The translations under genes and the position numbers were made by a program. A stretch of 64,000 nucleotides of DNA, taken from Octopus sinensis (Eukaryota). Below, in pieces: positions 37,458 through 49,634 of this stretch. Every line of letters begins with the position of its first letter. The first letter of the stretch is position 1. The notes beneath the pieces are model-generated. The model ran no database searches and had not been told where the DNA came from. It saw only the letters and a list, made by a program, of their open reading frames with translations. Location: positions 16,554,001 through 16,618,000 of the forward strand of contig NC_043021.1 in NCBI RefSeq assembly GCF_006345805.1, written 5' to 3'.

Positions 37458-39994
37458 TACAGGGTCATCTTAGCAGCATTATAGGCTCCTGAGCAAATCG
37501 ATATACTGAACTCTATAGTATTTCCTGACAGCAAGCCACAACATACAAAGATCAGTATTGAGCCCCTAAACCCATGAGGGACCCCAGGGTAATCAATGCA
37601 CTGGATGCTATAGTATTTAATGACAGCAAGACATGTATAGATCATAACTGGGCTCCTAGACCAATAAGGGCCCTCAGACAATTCAATGTACTGGGCAGTA
37701 TAATGTTTATTTATTGACAGCAAGCCACCACAGACAAAGATCAGAACTGAACCTGTAGACCTATGAGACCCCCTAACAACTGCCCACTGTGCCCGCGCTT
37801 TAAGATGGCTCTACTCATTACATCCATTCCCGTTGATGGTTCCCCAGTTACAATTCCTGGTTTCAATCCAAACCAAGAATAACTCTGATGTTAATTTTTC
37901 AGTTCCTCCTGCAAACTTCTGAATGTGGGTAGCCAAAACCCATTCTATGCCACAGGAATTCATATAAATATCCAGGGAACACAACTACTATATGAACTGT
38001 ACCCATCCACTTAAGATTTGTTAAGGAGTAAAAAGAAAGGTATCTTATGATTATAGCTTTCTCCCTCTAATTCCAAGTACCCTTGATGTTACTATGCTGT
38101 TTGTGTGGGGAACTCTAGTCAGCTCTGACCAAGCAGACTTAAGCTAATAAGCATGCACATCCTTGACTGGCTTCTGTGCCGCCGGCACGTAAAAAGCACC
38201 AACCGATCTTGGCCGCCGCCAGCCTCCCCTGGCCCCTGTGCCGGTGACACGTAAAAAGCACCCACTACACTCACGGAGTGGTTGGCGTTAGGAAGGGCAT
38301 CCAGCTGTAGAAACACTGCCAGATCAGACTGAGCCTGGTGCAGCCTCCTGGCTTCCCAGACCCCTGTTGAACCGTCCAACCCGTGCTAGCACGGAAAACG
38401 GACGTTAAACGATGATGATGATGATAGTAAACCACATCAATGGCACCCCCTCACTATAAACATTTAGCAACTTAATGAAACCCCTTAATCAGTCATGGTA
38501 TTATCGATCTGCCAGAGATTAAACCAAATTATCACTAAACTGATTATGTGCCTTTAAATGTCCGTTTATCCTTTCGACAGATTATGAACTGTGGAGGCCA
38601 TAATCTTTCACACGACAACAGCTGTTAGATTTACTGGCTGATAATTGCAAAGAATCCCCTCTCCGTCCATTCTTTTAGCTCACAGTGATGTCAAGTCTTC
38701 CACAACAATCTCTGAGTATGGATTATTCATGAAAAATTAATATTTAACTCCAGCTAGGGCACTGAGCTGGCAGAATCATTAGCACACCAGACAAAAGAAT
38801 GAGTGGCATTTCATCCGTCTTAACGTGCTGAGTTCAGATTCTGCCGAGGTTGACTTTGCCTTTCACCCTTTCAGGGTCGATGAAATAAGTACCAGTCATG
38901 TACTGGGGTGGATGTAATCAACTTAACCCCTTCCCCAAAATTGTTGGCCTTGTGTCAAAATTTGAAACCAATATTTAACTCTAGTGGATCCAGAAGGAAA
39001 TCTAATACAACGTCCTATAATGGATCATGACTGCCTAAATATAAGTTTAGTATCCTTGAATTTTGAGGGGACTTCAGTGAGGTAGAGTAGGTTTTGGTCA
39101 TCGCCCTCTTACAGTGATCACCCTCTGTGACAATCTGTACACCCAACGCTACTGGATCATCGACCACCACCACCATACGCTCCATTGTCCCAGAACCCGA
39201 AATTAATGTTGTCCCGCCTTGCTAAATTCTCTTGGACACCATCATTGTTTCATTCTTAAAAGCCCTTGAATACTGCTATGCTTTAGGTCAAGGAAATTTA
39301 CTCCTTTTCATTTTAACAACGTGCCTTGTTTATCTCCATTATTGATAACTCCGTAATCTATCTTGTTTATTTCCGAGGTATTTTCTCTACCAAGGTCTGT
39401 TGTGCGCACGCCACTTAAAGTTAACATGTTTACGTTGTTAAAATAAATACTTACGATTGATATACTATAGCTTATTTATCAGCTAACAAAGCTGTGGCGT
39501 TAAATACGGCCAAATATCAGCGTAGTGCGAGTTACAACCCGTGATATTTTGAGACCAATTACGCATCCGACATACAGCATAACAAAGCGTGCAACAATTG
39601 ATGTGATTTGCAAAGGACTTGTTGAAGTAATAGACGATGTACACATATAGATTTCCGTTTATTTAATAACGAATTTCACATGATTATTAAAGTGGCCAAG
39701 CATGGGATGGTGCGCAGAGTGGACCAAAGAAGGTGACCGCTTTTATATGTGTTGTGTTTCCTGTAGTCAAAAGTGTTATGTGGGTGGCAAAAACCCACGC
39801 TACGCCTTTACGCTTGATATGAATAGTCAAGGAACACGACTAGGATATGTGCTATATCTGGCCCACATAATATTTGTTAAGGGGCAAAAAGAGGAATACC
39901 TTATGGTTATGGTTTTCCCTTTCTAATTCCAAATACCCTTGATGTTATTATGGTGTGTGTGTGTGTGTGTAAATATAGTCACTTCTGACCGAGC

Positions 39995-41100
39995 AGACTT
40001 AAGATATATAAGCTTGTATATAGGGTAGTCGCTTAAAACAGCCAAGTAGTCGTTTAAATAGCCAACAATTTTGGGGAAGGGGTTAAGTTGATTACATCCA
40101 CCTCAGTACATGACTGGTACTTATTTCATCGATCCTGAAAGGGGGAAAGGCAAAGTCCACTATTCCGGATATACTTGTCTCTACGCCTAATTGAGGACCA
40201 CGCTAATATCCCGGACATACAGTAGGGGTTAATATAGGGCGTAACAAATATCAGAAAATCAAAAAAAAAAATGTATGTAATAGGTGTAAAACAACTTCCT
40301 ATGAACGAATATGAAAAAAAAAATTCGCGCACGCGAAAGGGGGGTGGGGGAGAGGCCTCGGAAAATTCACATCGGGAAGTTCCGAAAGCGTCTGAGGAGC
40401 TGACCCGGGCACCAAAACAAAAAAAAAATAGTGTAATATGTGTAAAACAACTTGCTCTAAACGAATATGACAAAAAAAAAAGGTTAATATAGGGCGTAGG
40501 TTTATAGTACGAAGGTCTAGTTTGACAGAATGTTTTAAAGGTCCTGTGGAAAGCCCAGCAGAGACGAGGCATAAGGAACTAGATTGATGTGTGATAGTCA
40601 CTGTTCCCCATCAGACTTCAGATATAGAAGCTTATATATAGGTAGTCGCTTAAACAGCCAAGTACGGATCACAGATCCCCTATTCCGGATATACTTGTCT
40701 CTACGCCTAACTGAGGACCACGTTAATATCCCGGACATACAGTAGGTTTATAGTATGAAGGTCTAGTTTGACAGAATGTTTTAAAGGTCCTGTGGAAAGC
40801 CCAGCAGAGACGAGCAAAAGGAACTAGATTGATGTGTGATAGTCACTGTTCCCTAGCAGACTTCAGATATATAAGCTTATATATAGGTAGTCGCTTAAAC
40901 AGCCAAGTACGGATCACAGATCCCCTATTCCGGATATACTTGTGTCTACGCCTAATTGAGGACCACGCTAAAATCCCGGACATACAGTAGGTTTATAGTA
41001 TGAAGGTTTAGTTTGACAGAATGTTTTAAAGGTCCTGTGGAAAGCCCAGCAGAGACGAGGCAAAAGGATCTAGATCGAGGTGTGGACAGTTACTGTTCCC
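39995..41100 (+). repeat. ~245-bp tandem repeat, 3 copies (the first interrupted by insertions)
   Basis: CAGACTTCAGATAT at 40612 and 40857 (period 245). Copy 1 is split by inserts at about 40060-40160 and 40227-40498. Confidence 0.88.
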
Positions 41101-41503
41101 TTGTGAGTGTGTGTTTTAACTGGGAATGAAAACCAAACAAACGAAGAAATACTGACAACTAAATGTACAAGGAACTTCAACAGTTTTCAAATTCGAATAA
41201 GTGACGAAAGAAAAACACAGGAAGTGTTTTGTTTTGTTTAACTTTTGCCCTTAATCCGTTGACATAGATTTAGCTTGACTGATCTGATCTGATTTCAGTG
41301 TGCATTCGGGTGTGTTTATTTATTTATTCGCCGTTTGTTTTGTAATTCGCAGTCAAAATACGGCAAATTTTTTATTATTTTTTTTTAAATCCTCTACTTC
41401 TTAAAGTTAATAAGTTTGGTAGAAGTAGTCCAGGGGTCGATTAAATCAAGCCCTGGTCTTTAGAAACAATATTAGAAATTAAAATTTATGTTATTAAAAT
41501 GCG

Positions 41504-41931
41504 GGCAATCTTTCGTCTCTAGTAGACCTTTCCGTCGATTTCCGTAAAAAAATTTATTTTTTTTTACATATGGGCTTGCGGGAACTTTTGAAGTAATGAG
41601 AGCGAAAGAGACCAAGAGAGAGCGATTGTATGACGAGGGAAGTTCTTTTGAAGTTACCGTGCACGGGGAGCATTGATGGACATGTGTGTGTGTGTGTGTT
41701 TGATGGGGTGTGGGAGTCAGACAGTATGTTGTGTAAGTGAAGTGCTTCTGTTAGTGTGTGTGAAGAGACAGAGTAATGTGTGAAAGAAAGAGATAACTGA
41801 AAATTTTTACTCGGTGTATGTGTATATGTATGTATATTACTTCAAAAGTTCCCGCAAGCCCATATGTAAAAAAAAAAAAAAGTTTTTTTACGGAAATCGA
41901 CGGAAAGGTCTACTAGAGACGAAAGATCGCC
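41504..41931. mobile_element. MITE with ~95-bp terminal inverted repeats (41504-41597 / 41836-41931) at the start of intron 1
   Basis: GGCAATCTTTCGTCTCTAGTAGACCTTTCCGTCGATTTCCGTAA...GGAACTTTTGAAGTAAT and its reverse complement. Confidence 0.8.
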
Positions 41932-41969
41932 AAAATTTGTGTTAGTGAAATGCGAAACATACAACGTAC

Positions 41970-42557
41970 CTGGTCAGCGCCAAAAGGAATGATGTTAGCT
42001 TTGAAAAATCCGATTCCAATGGCAGCAGTGGTTAAAATGAAGAAAATAGGAATCGAACAGTTTTCTTCAAAGAGATTTGGAATGTGCATACTGCTGTTTT
42101 GCGTGTGGCTGGGGCAAAAATTATAGAAGACGTTCTTCTTGCCATCTTTGTGGACCGGTGCCGCGACGAAAAGAAGGAAGAAATAACCAATAACATAGAT
42201 GAGGAAGGAAAACAGGAGTCCTTTGAAGCGTCCGAGGAGGGTATCGGCGATAAGACCCCCCAGCAAAGAAGTAATAAAAGAGAGGCCCAGAAAATAGAAG
42301 GAAAGAGACGAAGCATTGTAGGCATTCCAGTGAAGGGGGTTCTCATTTAGAAAAAGCACCAGGTTCCCTAAAAGACTGTAAAAAGCAATTCTTTCACAGG
42401 CCTCCACAATTAAAATAGCAGCACAGGAGGTTCTCGTTTTGCATTTCGATGTATGATTGTCGTCGGTGAGGATCACCGAAGGTGGTTTATTCGTCAATTT
42501 CTCGCTGTACAAGCTGGGATTGCGCTCCCTAAATAATAAAGGATCGGATTCTGACAT
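41970..42557 (-). CDS. SLC15A4: SLC15A4-like peptide/histidine transporter (POT/PTR2 family), coding exon 1 (196 codons, MSESDPLL...NIIPFGADQ)
   Basis: ATG at 42557. ExxER motif (EACERIAFY), PTR2-type GGLIADTLLGRFK, KANIIPFGADQ, and an N-terminal [DE]xxxLL motif (ESDPLL). Donor GTACGT at 41969, phase 0. Confidence 0.93.
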
Positions 42558-42605
42558 TTCATCCCTTTTTTCCTCTCCGCTAGAAAAACTCTCAGATGTT
42601 TATAA

Positions 42606-42644
42606 CTAAAGACAAACGACGTGAACCAAAACAGAAGCCATCTT
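42606..42644 (-). promoter_or_regulatory. Putative 5' leader element: AAGATGGC (YY1-type) motif whose ATG opens an 11-codon uORF (MASVLVHVVCL*)
   Basis: GCCATCTT at 42637-42644 on the plus strand. uORF 42641-42606 ends 48 nt before the main ATG. The TSS is unknown. Confidence 0.3.
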
Positions 42645-42739
42645 CGTTTATCACATGCAGCTGATCTCAGCTGAGTTGCTTATAAAATAATGTCAGGGTC
42701 ACAACTGAAACGAAATCAGCGAATCACAAAAAAGAACAC

Positions 42740-43372
42740 ACTCTCTCTTTCTCTCTCTCTCCTCTCTTCCCCTCTCTTCTCCCTCCCCTGTCTTTCTTTT
42801 TCATCTCTCTCTTTCACTTCCCACTCTCCCTTCTCTCTTTTTGTTTCCCCGTCTGTCTTTCTTTCTCTCCTCTCTCTCTCCCTCTCTTCCCCTCTCGCGC
42901 CCGTTCTCTCTATCCCCTTCTCTCTCCTCCCCTCTCTCTCTCTTCTTCTTCTCTCTCACCTCCCCTCTCTGTCTGTTTATTTCTTTCTTCTCCTTCTCTA
43001 TATCCAACTCTCTCTATTTCTTTATTTCTTCTCCCTATCTTTATCCCCCCTCTCTCTCTCTTTCTTTCTTCTACTTCTCTCTCTCCTCCCCTCTCTCTGT
43101 TTATTTCTTTCTTCTCCTTCTCTATATCCTACTCTCTCTATTTCTTTATTTCTTTTCCCTGTCTTTATCCCCCCTCTCTCTCTCTTTCTTTCTTCTACTT
43201 CTCTCTCTCCTCCCCTCTGTCTGTTTATTTCTTTCTTTTCCTTCTCTCTCTCTCCTCCCCTCTCTCTGTTTATTTCTTTCTTCTCCTCTCTATCTCCCTC
43301 TCTCTATTTTTTTTATTTCTTCTCCCACTCTCTATCCCCCTCTCTATGTATATTTATTTCTTCTCCCTCACT
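42740..43372 (+). repeat. CT-rich low-complexity tract with internal subrepeats, upstream of the SLC15A4-like start
   Basis: Almost pure pyrimidine on the plus strand. The ORFs here are artefacts. Confidence 0.85.
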
Positions 43373-43736
43373 CTGTTGTAAACGATAGGTATTCGTACTT
43401 TGGAGCTGGAAAAAAATCTATTAATAATCTTGAAGTCATTGATATCGTAAATTCAAATTAAATTAACAACAAACAAAAAAACCCATTAATGTATTATTTT
43501 CTCTCTCTTCCTATCTCTCTCACCCGCTCTCTTTTTGTATGTGTTTGAGTGAGGGGTGTATTGTCATCAAATTGCTACGATAAAAATCAAGTTTTTTCCT
43601 CAAATGGATTATATATCAGTACATAACATATTTTGAGACCAGATGGTATGTATATATGCATGTATTTGTGTGCATACATACATACGTACATACATACATA
43701 CATACATACATACATACATACATACATACATACATA

Positions 43737-44035
43737 CAGGCAAAGAGAATACCTACGCTGAACTATTGATAAGAAGTTCAGGTTTATACCTGTAATTATT
43801 GGGGCCCTGGGATGTGTAACACACTGCCTAAATACCAGTCTTGAGAAATTAGGCTTCTCAAAACCAGAAAGGAGAAAGCTAATTCAAAGACTACAGATCC
43901 AATCCATCAATGGAACAGTAAAAATCTGTAAAACTTTCCAGAAGTTTATCATTTAAGTATATATGAGCATTTCTAGATAGGTAACTATATGCATGAGAAT
44001 ACATAGATAAAACATACAATTCTGCACATATAAAT
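43737..44035 (+). mobile_element. R4/Dong-like (restriction-like endonuclease) non-LTR retrotransposon 3' fragment within (TACA)n
   Basis: KENTYAELL, then 43768-43956 [29 protein letters not shown]...LQIQSINGTVKICKTFQKFII*. Flanked by (CATA)n on both sides. Confidence 0.7.
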
Positions 44036-44084
44036 ACATACATACATACATACATACATACATACATACATACATACATACAAT

Positions 44085-44275
44085 GATAGATTGGTAACCA
44101 CTACACATGCTTTATTTTCTCTCCTTGTTCCTTTCTGTGTTCCTTTCTGTGGAAGAGCGTAGGCTCGAAATGTTAAAGACTTTTTCACTTCCTGAGTGTT
44201 ATACTAATACATCTGTTTGTTGTCTACACCACCTGTCTTCGTCTTTTGTTTTTTTCGTGAATTCTCTACATATAT
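44085..44275 (+). mobile_element. Second Penelope-LTR-like element with a degenerate hammerhead (44143-44178); related copy at about 57165-57275 (-)
   Basis: CUUU-CUGUGGA-A-GAGC-GUAG-GCUC-GAAAUGUU-AAAG. The same GAGCGTAGGCTCGAAATGT is on the minus strand near 57198-57220. Confidence 0.5.
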
Positions 44276-44679
44276 ACATACTTACATAATACATACATAC
44301 ATACATACATACATACATACATACATACATACATACATACATACATACATACATACATACATACATACATACATAGAAACATACCCTGTTGTTGATGTTG
44401 AAATTCCAATGAATGAGCCTTGGATTTAAGTTAGAAACTGGCCCTTTCTCTATTGGCATAAAATCTTGAAATAAAAGTGAATAATGACATACATACATGC
44501 ATACAGAAATAAATAAAACAATACATAAAAGTCTGCATATGCATTAACTGCAAATACTGCACAGATACATACATGCAAAAATACTCTGTTGATGTTGAAA
44601 TTCCAAGGAATCTAGGTTAGAAACCAGCTCTTTCACTATTGGCAAGAAATCTTGAAACAAAACTGAATAATGACATACA

Positions 44680-44763
44680 TACATGCATGCATACATACAT
44701 ACATACATATATACATACAAACATACATATATACATGCATGCATGCATGCATACATGTATACA

Positions 44764-44797
<34 letters not shown>

Positions 44798-45146
44798 CAT
44801 ACATGCATGCATATATACATACATGCACACATACATACATACATGCATGCATACATACATACATACATACATGCATGCATACATACATACATGCACACAT
44901 ACATGCATGCATACATACATGCATGCATACATACATACATACATGCATGCATACATACATACATACACACATACATACAAACATACATACATGAATACAT
45001 ACATACATACATACACACATACATACATACATACATACATACATACATGCATACATGCATGCATGCATACATACATACATGCACACATACATACATGCAT
45101 GCATACATACATACATACATACATACATACATACATACATACATAC
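44680..45146 (+). repeat. Compound (CATA)n/(CATG)n microsatellite
   Basis: Direct reading. It generates the MYVC/HTYI artefact ORFs. Confidence 0.95.
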
Positions 45147-46802
45147 CTGTAAATATGCATATCTTACTTAAATAATATACAAAACTGAAAAACTTTGAAG
45201 TTATCTTTGCAATTAGGAAACGAAAACTCCCACTGGTGTTGTGTAAAATAAATGACAAACAAGGAAGATGCATGCCTGCATACATCCATACACACATTCA
45301 TACCTGCGTATACACATATCTTACAAACTTAATGTACTAAACTAAAAAACTTTGAAGTTGCCTTTGCCATTAAGAGACAAAAGCTCCCATTGGTGTTGTG
45401 TAAAGTAAGAAACAAACAAACAAGGAAGATAACTCTAATAATATCAGCAGATCCAAATTTTTGGAGTATAAAGACAAAATCATTTAGAAGTGGGTTTGTG
45501 GTTAAGAAACTTGCTTGCCAACCATGTGGAATTGAGTTCAGTCTCACTGTCCTCTACTATGACCCCCAGGCCAGTCAGTGCCTTGTATATGTTTTTGGCA
45601 GACAGAAACTGAATGAAGGTTGTCCGAAGCTTGCTTCCCAACCACATGATTCCAGGTTCAGTCCCACTGCACATCACCTTGGGCAAGTATCTTCTACTGT
45701 AGCCTTGCGCCAACCAAAGCCTCGTCAGTGGATTATGTAGATGGAAACTGAAAGAAACCCATTGTATGTGTGTGTGTGTATGTGAGTGTGTGTGTGTGTG
45801 TGTGTTTGTGTGTGTCTCTTTCTTTGACTCGCTGTGTTTACATCCCTGTAACTTAGCAGTTCAGCAAAAGAGACTGATTGAATAAGCACCAGGCTTTAAC
45901 AAAAAATTAGTGCTGCAGTCGAGATTCATTCAACTAAAAATTCTTCAAGGCAGTGGTGCCCCAGCATGGCCACAATCTAATGACTGAAACAAGTAAGGAA
46001 TAAAAGATACATATATATACATATACATATATAATATATAATCAAATGCCTTTGATTATACCACCACTACAACCACCACCACCGCCACCACCATCACTGC
46101 TGCTGCCAACACCACTACTCCTGCCACTGCCGCCACTGCACCGTCACCACTGCCACTGCTGCCACCACCACCACTTCCTCCGCTGCTGCCACGGCTACTG
46201 TCACCATCAATGAATGGGAGATTCTCTTAATGGCTTTTCAACCTACTAGAAATAAGAGTCAAATCGCTATCAAATTACATTACATCCTGCCATTATAAAA
46301 AAAAAAAGGGTAGCACAAATTTGGATAATGTAGTCCACCCTCTGAACTGAGAGAAAAATAAAAAAAACGTAAGGAAAAGGAGAAAAAAAAAAGAAACAGG
46401 ATGATCCCAGCAAAAATGCCTTTCATTATACCCACCACCACCACCACAACCATACCACCATCACCACTGCTGTCACCATCAAAGTTACCACCACCATCAC
46501 CAGCATCACTGCTACCACTGTCACAATCACCACTGCCAACACCACTAATGAGAAACCCCTCTATGAGGTTGTTTCCACTTACTCTTTACTCTTTTACTCT
46601 TTTACTTGTTTCAGTCATTTGACTGCGGCCATGCTGGAGCACCGCCTTTAATCGAGCAACTCGACCCCGGGACTTATTCTTTTGTAAGCCCAGTACTTAT
46701 TCTAGCGGTCTCTTTTTCCGAACCGCTAAGTGACGGGGACATAAACAAACACACCAGCATCGGTTGTCAAGCAATGCTAGGGCGACAAACACAGACACAC
46801 AA

Positions 46803-46865
<63 letters not shown>

Positions 46866-47742
46866 TACGACAGGCTTCTTTCAGTTTCCGTCTACCAAAT
46901 CCACTCACAAGGCATTGGTCGGCCCGGGGCTATAGCAGAAGACGCTTGCCCAAGATGCCACGCAGTGGGACTGGACCTGGAATCATGTGGTTGGTTAGCA
47001 AGCTACTTACCACACAGCCACTCCTGCGCCACTTGTTAGAAATAACAGCAAATTTACCATCAAACTGCATCCTACCATTTTGAGTAAAGGAAGGGCACTT
47101 TGGACTCTAGAGTCTACCGTGTGAACAGAAGAACAAATAAAAAGCCTAAACAAATGTTAAAAACCAGGACGGTTACGGTAAAAGTTGCCCTCAAACATAT
47201 TAAATGTTGCGCAAATTTATTGGGTGAACCTGAGATCAGAAAGCAAATGTAATTAGGAATATGTCCTCTATCTTCTTTTCTTTCACTAGTTTTAGCCATT
47301 TGACTGTGGCCATGCTGGGGCGCCACCTTGAAGGGTTTTAGTTGAACAAATCGAACCCCCGGGATGTTTTTATTCTATCGGTCTCTTTTGGCGAACTTCT
47401 AAGTTACGTGGACATAAGTACATCCGCACCAGTTGTGGTGCTGGTGTACTTATGTGGTGGGGGGCAAACGCAGACACAAAGACACATGCATGCACGTGCA
47501 TACACATGCATGCACGTGCACACACATGCTGTATATGACAGGCCTCTTTCAGTTTCTATCAGCAAAATCCACTCAGAAGGCTTTGGTCAGTCTGGGGCTA
47601 TAGTAGAAGACACTTGCCCAAGGTGCCATGCAGTGAGACTGAACCTGGAACCATGTGAATGGTGAGCAAGCTTCTTACCACACAATCATGCCTGAGCCCA
47701 CATATATATATTTATGTGCGTATATGTATGTATATATATATA

Positions 47743-47813
<71 letters not shown>

Positions 47814-47923
47814 GAAAAAAAAACCTTTTTATCAATTCAATAATGAAAATTAAATTTTGTGAAATTTAATTTAGTATTTTCTAAATTGAATTTTTCCCTG
47901 TAAGTTTGGAATAATATTTCCTC

Positions 47924-47964
<41 letters not shown>

Positions 47965-48408
47965 TCATCATCGTTTAACGTCCGTTCTCCATGCTAGCAT
48001 GGGTTGGACGGTTCGACCGGGGATCTGGGAAGCCAGAAGGCTGCACCAGGCTCCAGTCTTATCTGGCAATGTTTCTACAGCTGGATGCCCTTCCTAACGC
48101 CAACCACTCCGTGAGTGTAGTGGGTGCTTTTTACGTGCCACCTGCACAGGTGCCAGGCGTGGCTGGCAACGGCCACATTCGGATTGGTGTATTTTACGTG
48201 CCACCGGCACGGAAGCCAGTCGAGGCGGCGCTGGCATCGGCCACGAGTCGGATAGTGCATTTTACGTACCACCAGACCAGGGATCCTGGCTGCTTCAATT
48301 CGATTTCGATTTCGCTTTCCCCAACATGTCTTCGCAAGCAAAGGGGGTTGGCATGGGTGCCTGTTGTCGGATGAGGTTCTGTATCGACTTCGCTTGCCTC
48401 AACAGGTC

Positions 48409-48862
48409 TTTTTAGAGAGTTACTTCCCTTATAGATGCCAATTTGGGCTTTCTTAGCCATTTCTGTTTTGGTGTCTTCAAGCCATGAAGTCGTTGTTCTA
48501 AAAGAACGCTGGTCTCCTTGACAACACTTTACGACGTTGATTTCCTTACACTCCCTTCCCCACAGCTTCCCGAGGGAGGGAAGAAGGAGGAGAAGCAAAC
48601 AGGTGCAGGTGTGACCATGGACGCCAACTCCGCCGCCATCGACACAAAAAATTATGCTTTAAAATGGAATAAAAATTATGTTAAATTATTTTTTAAATCG
48701 TAGACCTCATCATAGACGCGCGCTAATACTCAGATGGGTCGAGATTGAACCCGACTATAAGATACCCAAATTGGTTAAACTGCAACCGCAAATGTGGGAG
48801 TAGTTAGGAATCTAAATCGAAGGGGACAGACACTCACACAACTACAGTTTTATATATATAGA
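48409..48862 (-). mobile_element. Helitron copy of the same family lacking the 3' hairpin/CTAG end
   Basis: Aligns to 4197 to about 4645 in reverse. Confidence 0.8.
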
Positions 48863-49485
48863 TATATCTATATATATATTATATATAAGTTATCCAAACA
48901 TGAAAACCCAAGAGAAAACACAACACACGAGGACGTGGAACAAATATAGTATTATGGGCGCTCAGGAAAGAAGGAAGTTTAAACGTTTCGAGCGGAGCTC
49001 TTCACTTCATCGGAAACATAGAGAAGAAAGATCCAGAGAAGGAAGACAGGAAAGAAATCGCCAATGGTACACACGAGTCACATTTATATATATATATATA
49101 TCTATGATATATATATATTATATATATATATATATATATCACACTTTTTATATTTATATTTCTTTATTTATTTTATATGTAAATTTTGTTCATACTTACA
49201 TTAAATTCTCTGAAGAGGGGCCAGAGACATTCTTGTTAATGTCTCATTTATACCTGCTTTATATGGCTATAGGTTAATGGGACATACCTGTCTTCACGGC
49301 CGAACAGCTGTCAGCTACAATGTAATTGTATTTTTCTATTTCTATTTCTATGTCTAGTTATATTTGTAATATATTATGTATAATGTCATTGCTGTTGTGT
49401 AATGATTTAATTAAAGTATTGAGTGGGTATTATCTGATGGTGAGCATGCATTGAATTGTAGGATATTTTATTATCCATTTTCCTC

Positions 49486-49538
<53 letters not shown>

Positions 49539-49559
49539 ATATATATATATATATATATA

Positions 49560-49634
<75 letters not shown>

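Noticed and set aside
40690-40815. Twister-, pistol- or HDV-like fit in the 245-bp repeat (GCCUAA...AAGCCC; CCACGUUAA)
   Set aside because: The required pseudoknot pairings and spacing do not hold.
42615-42626. CLEAR/TFEB-like site (TTCACGTC) upstream of a lysosomal gene
   Set aside because: It is not a full CACGTG E-box, so it is too weak to call.
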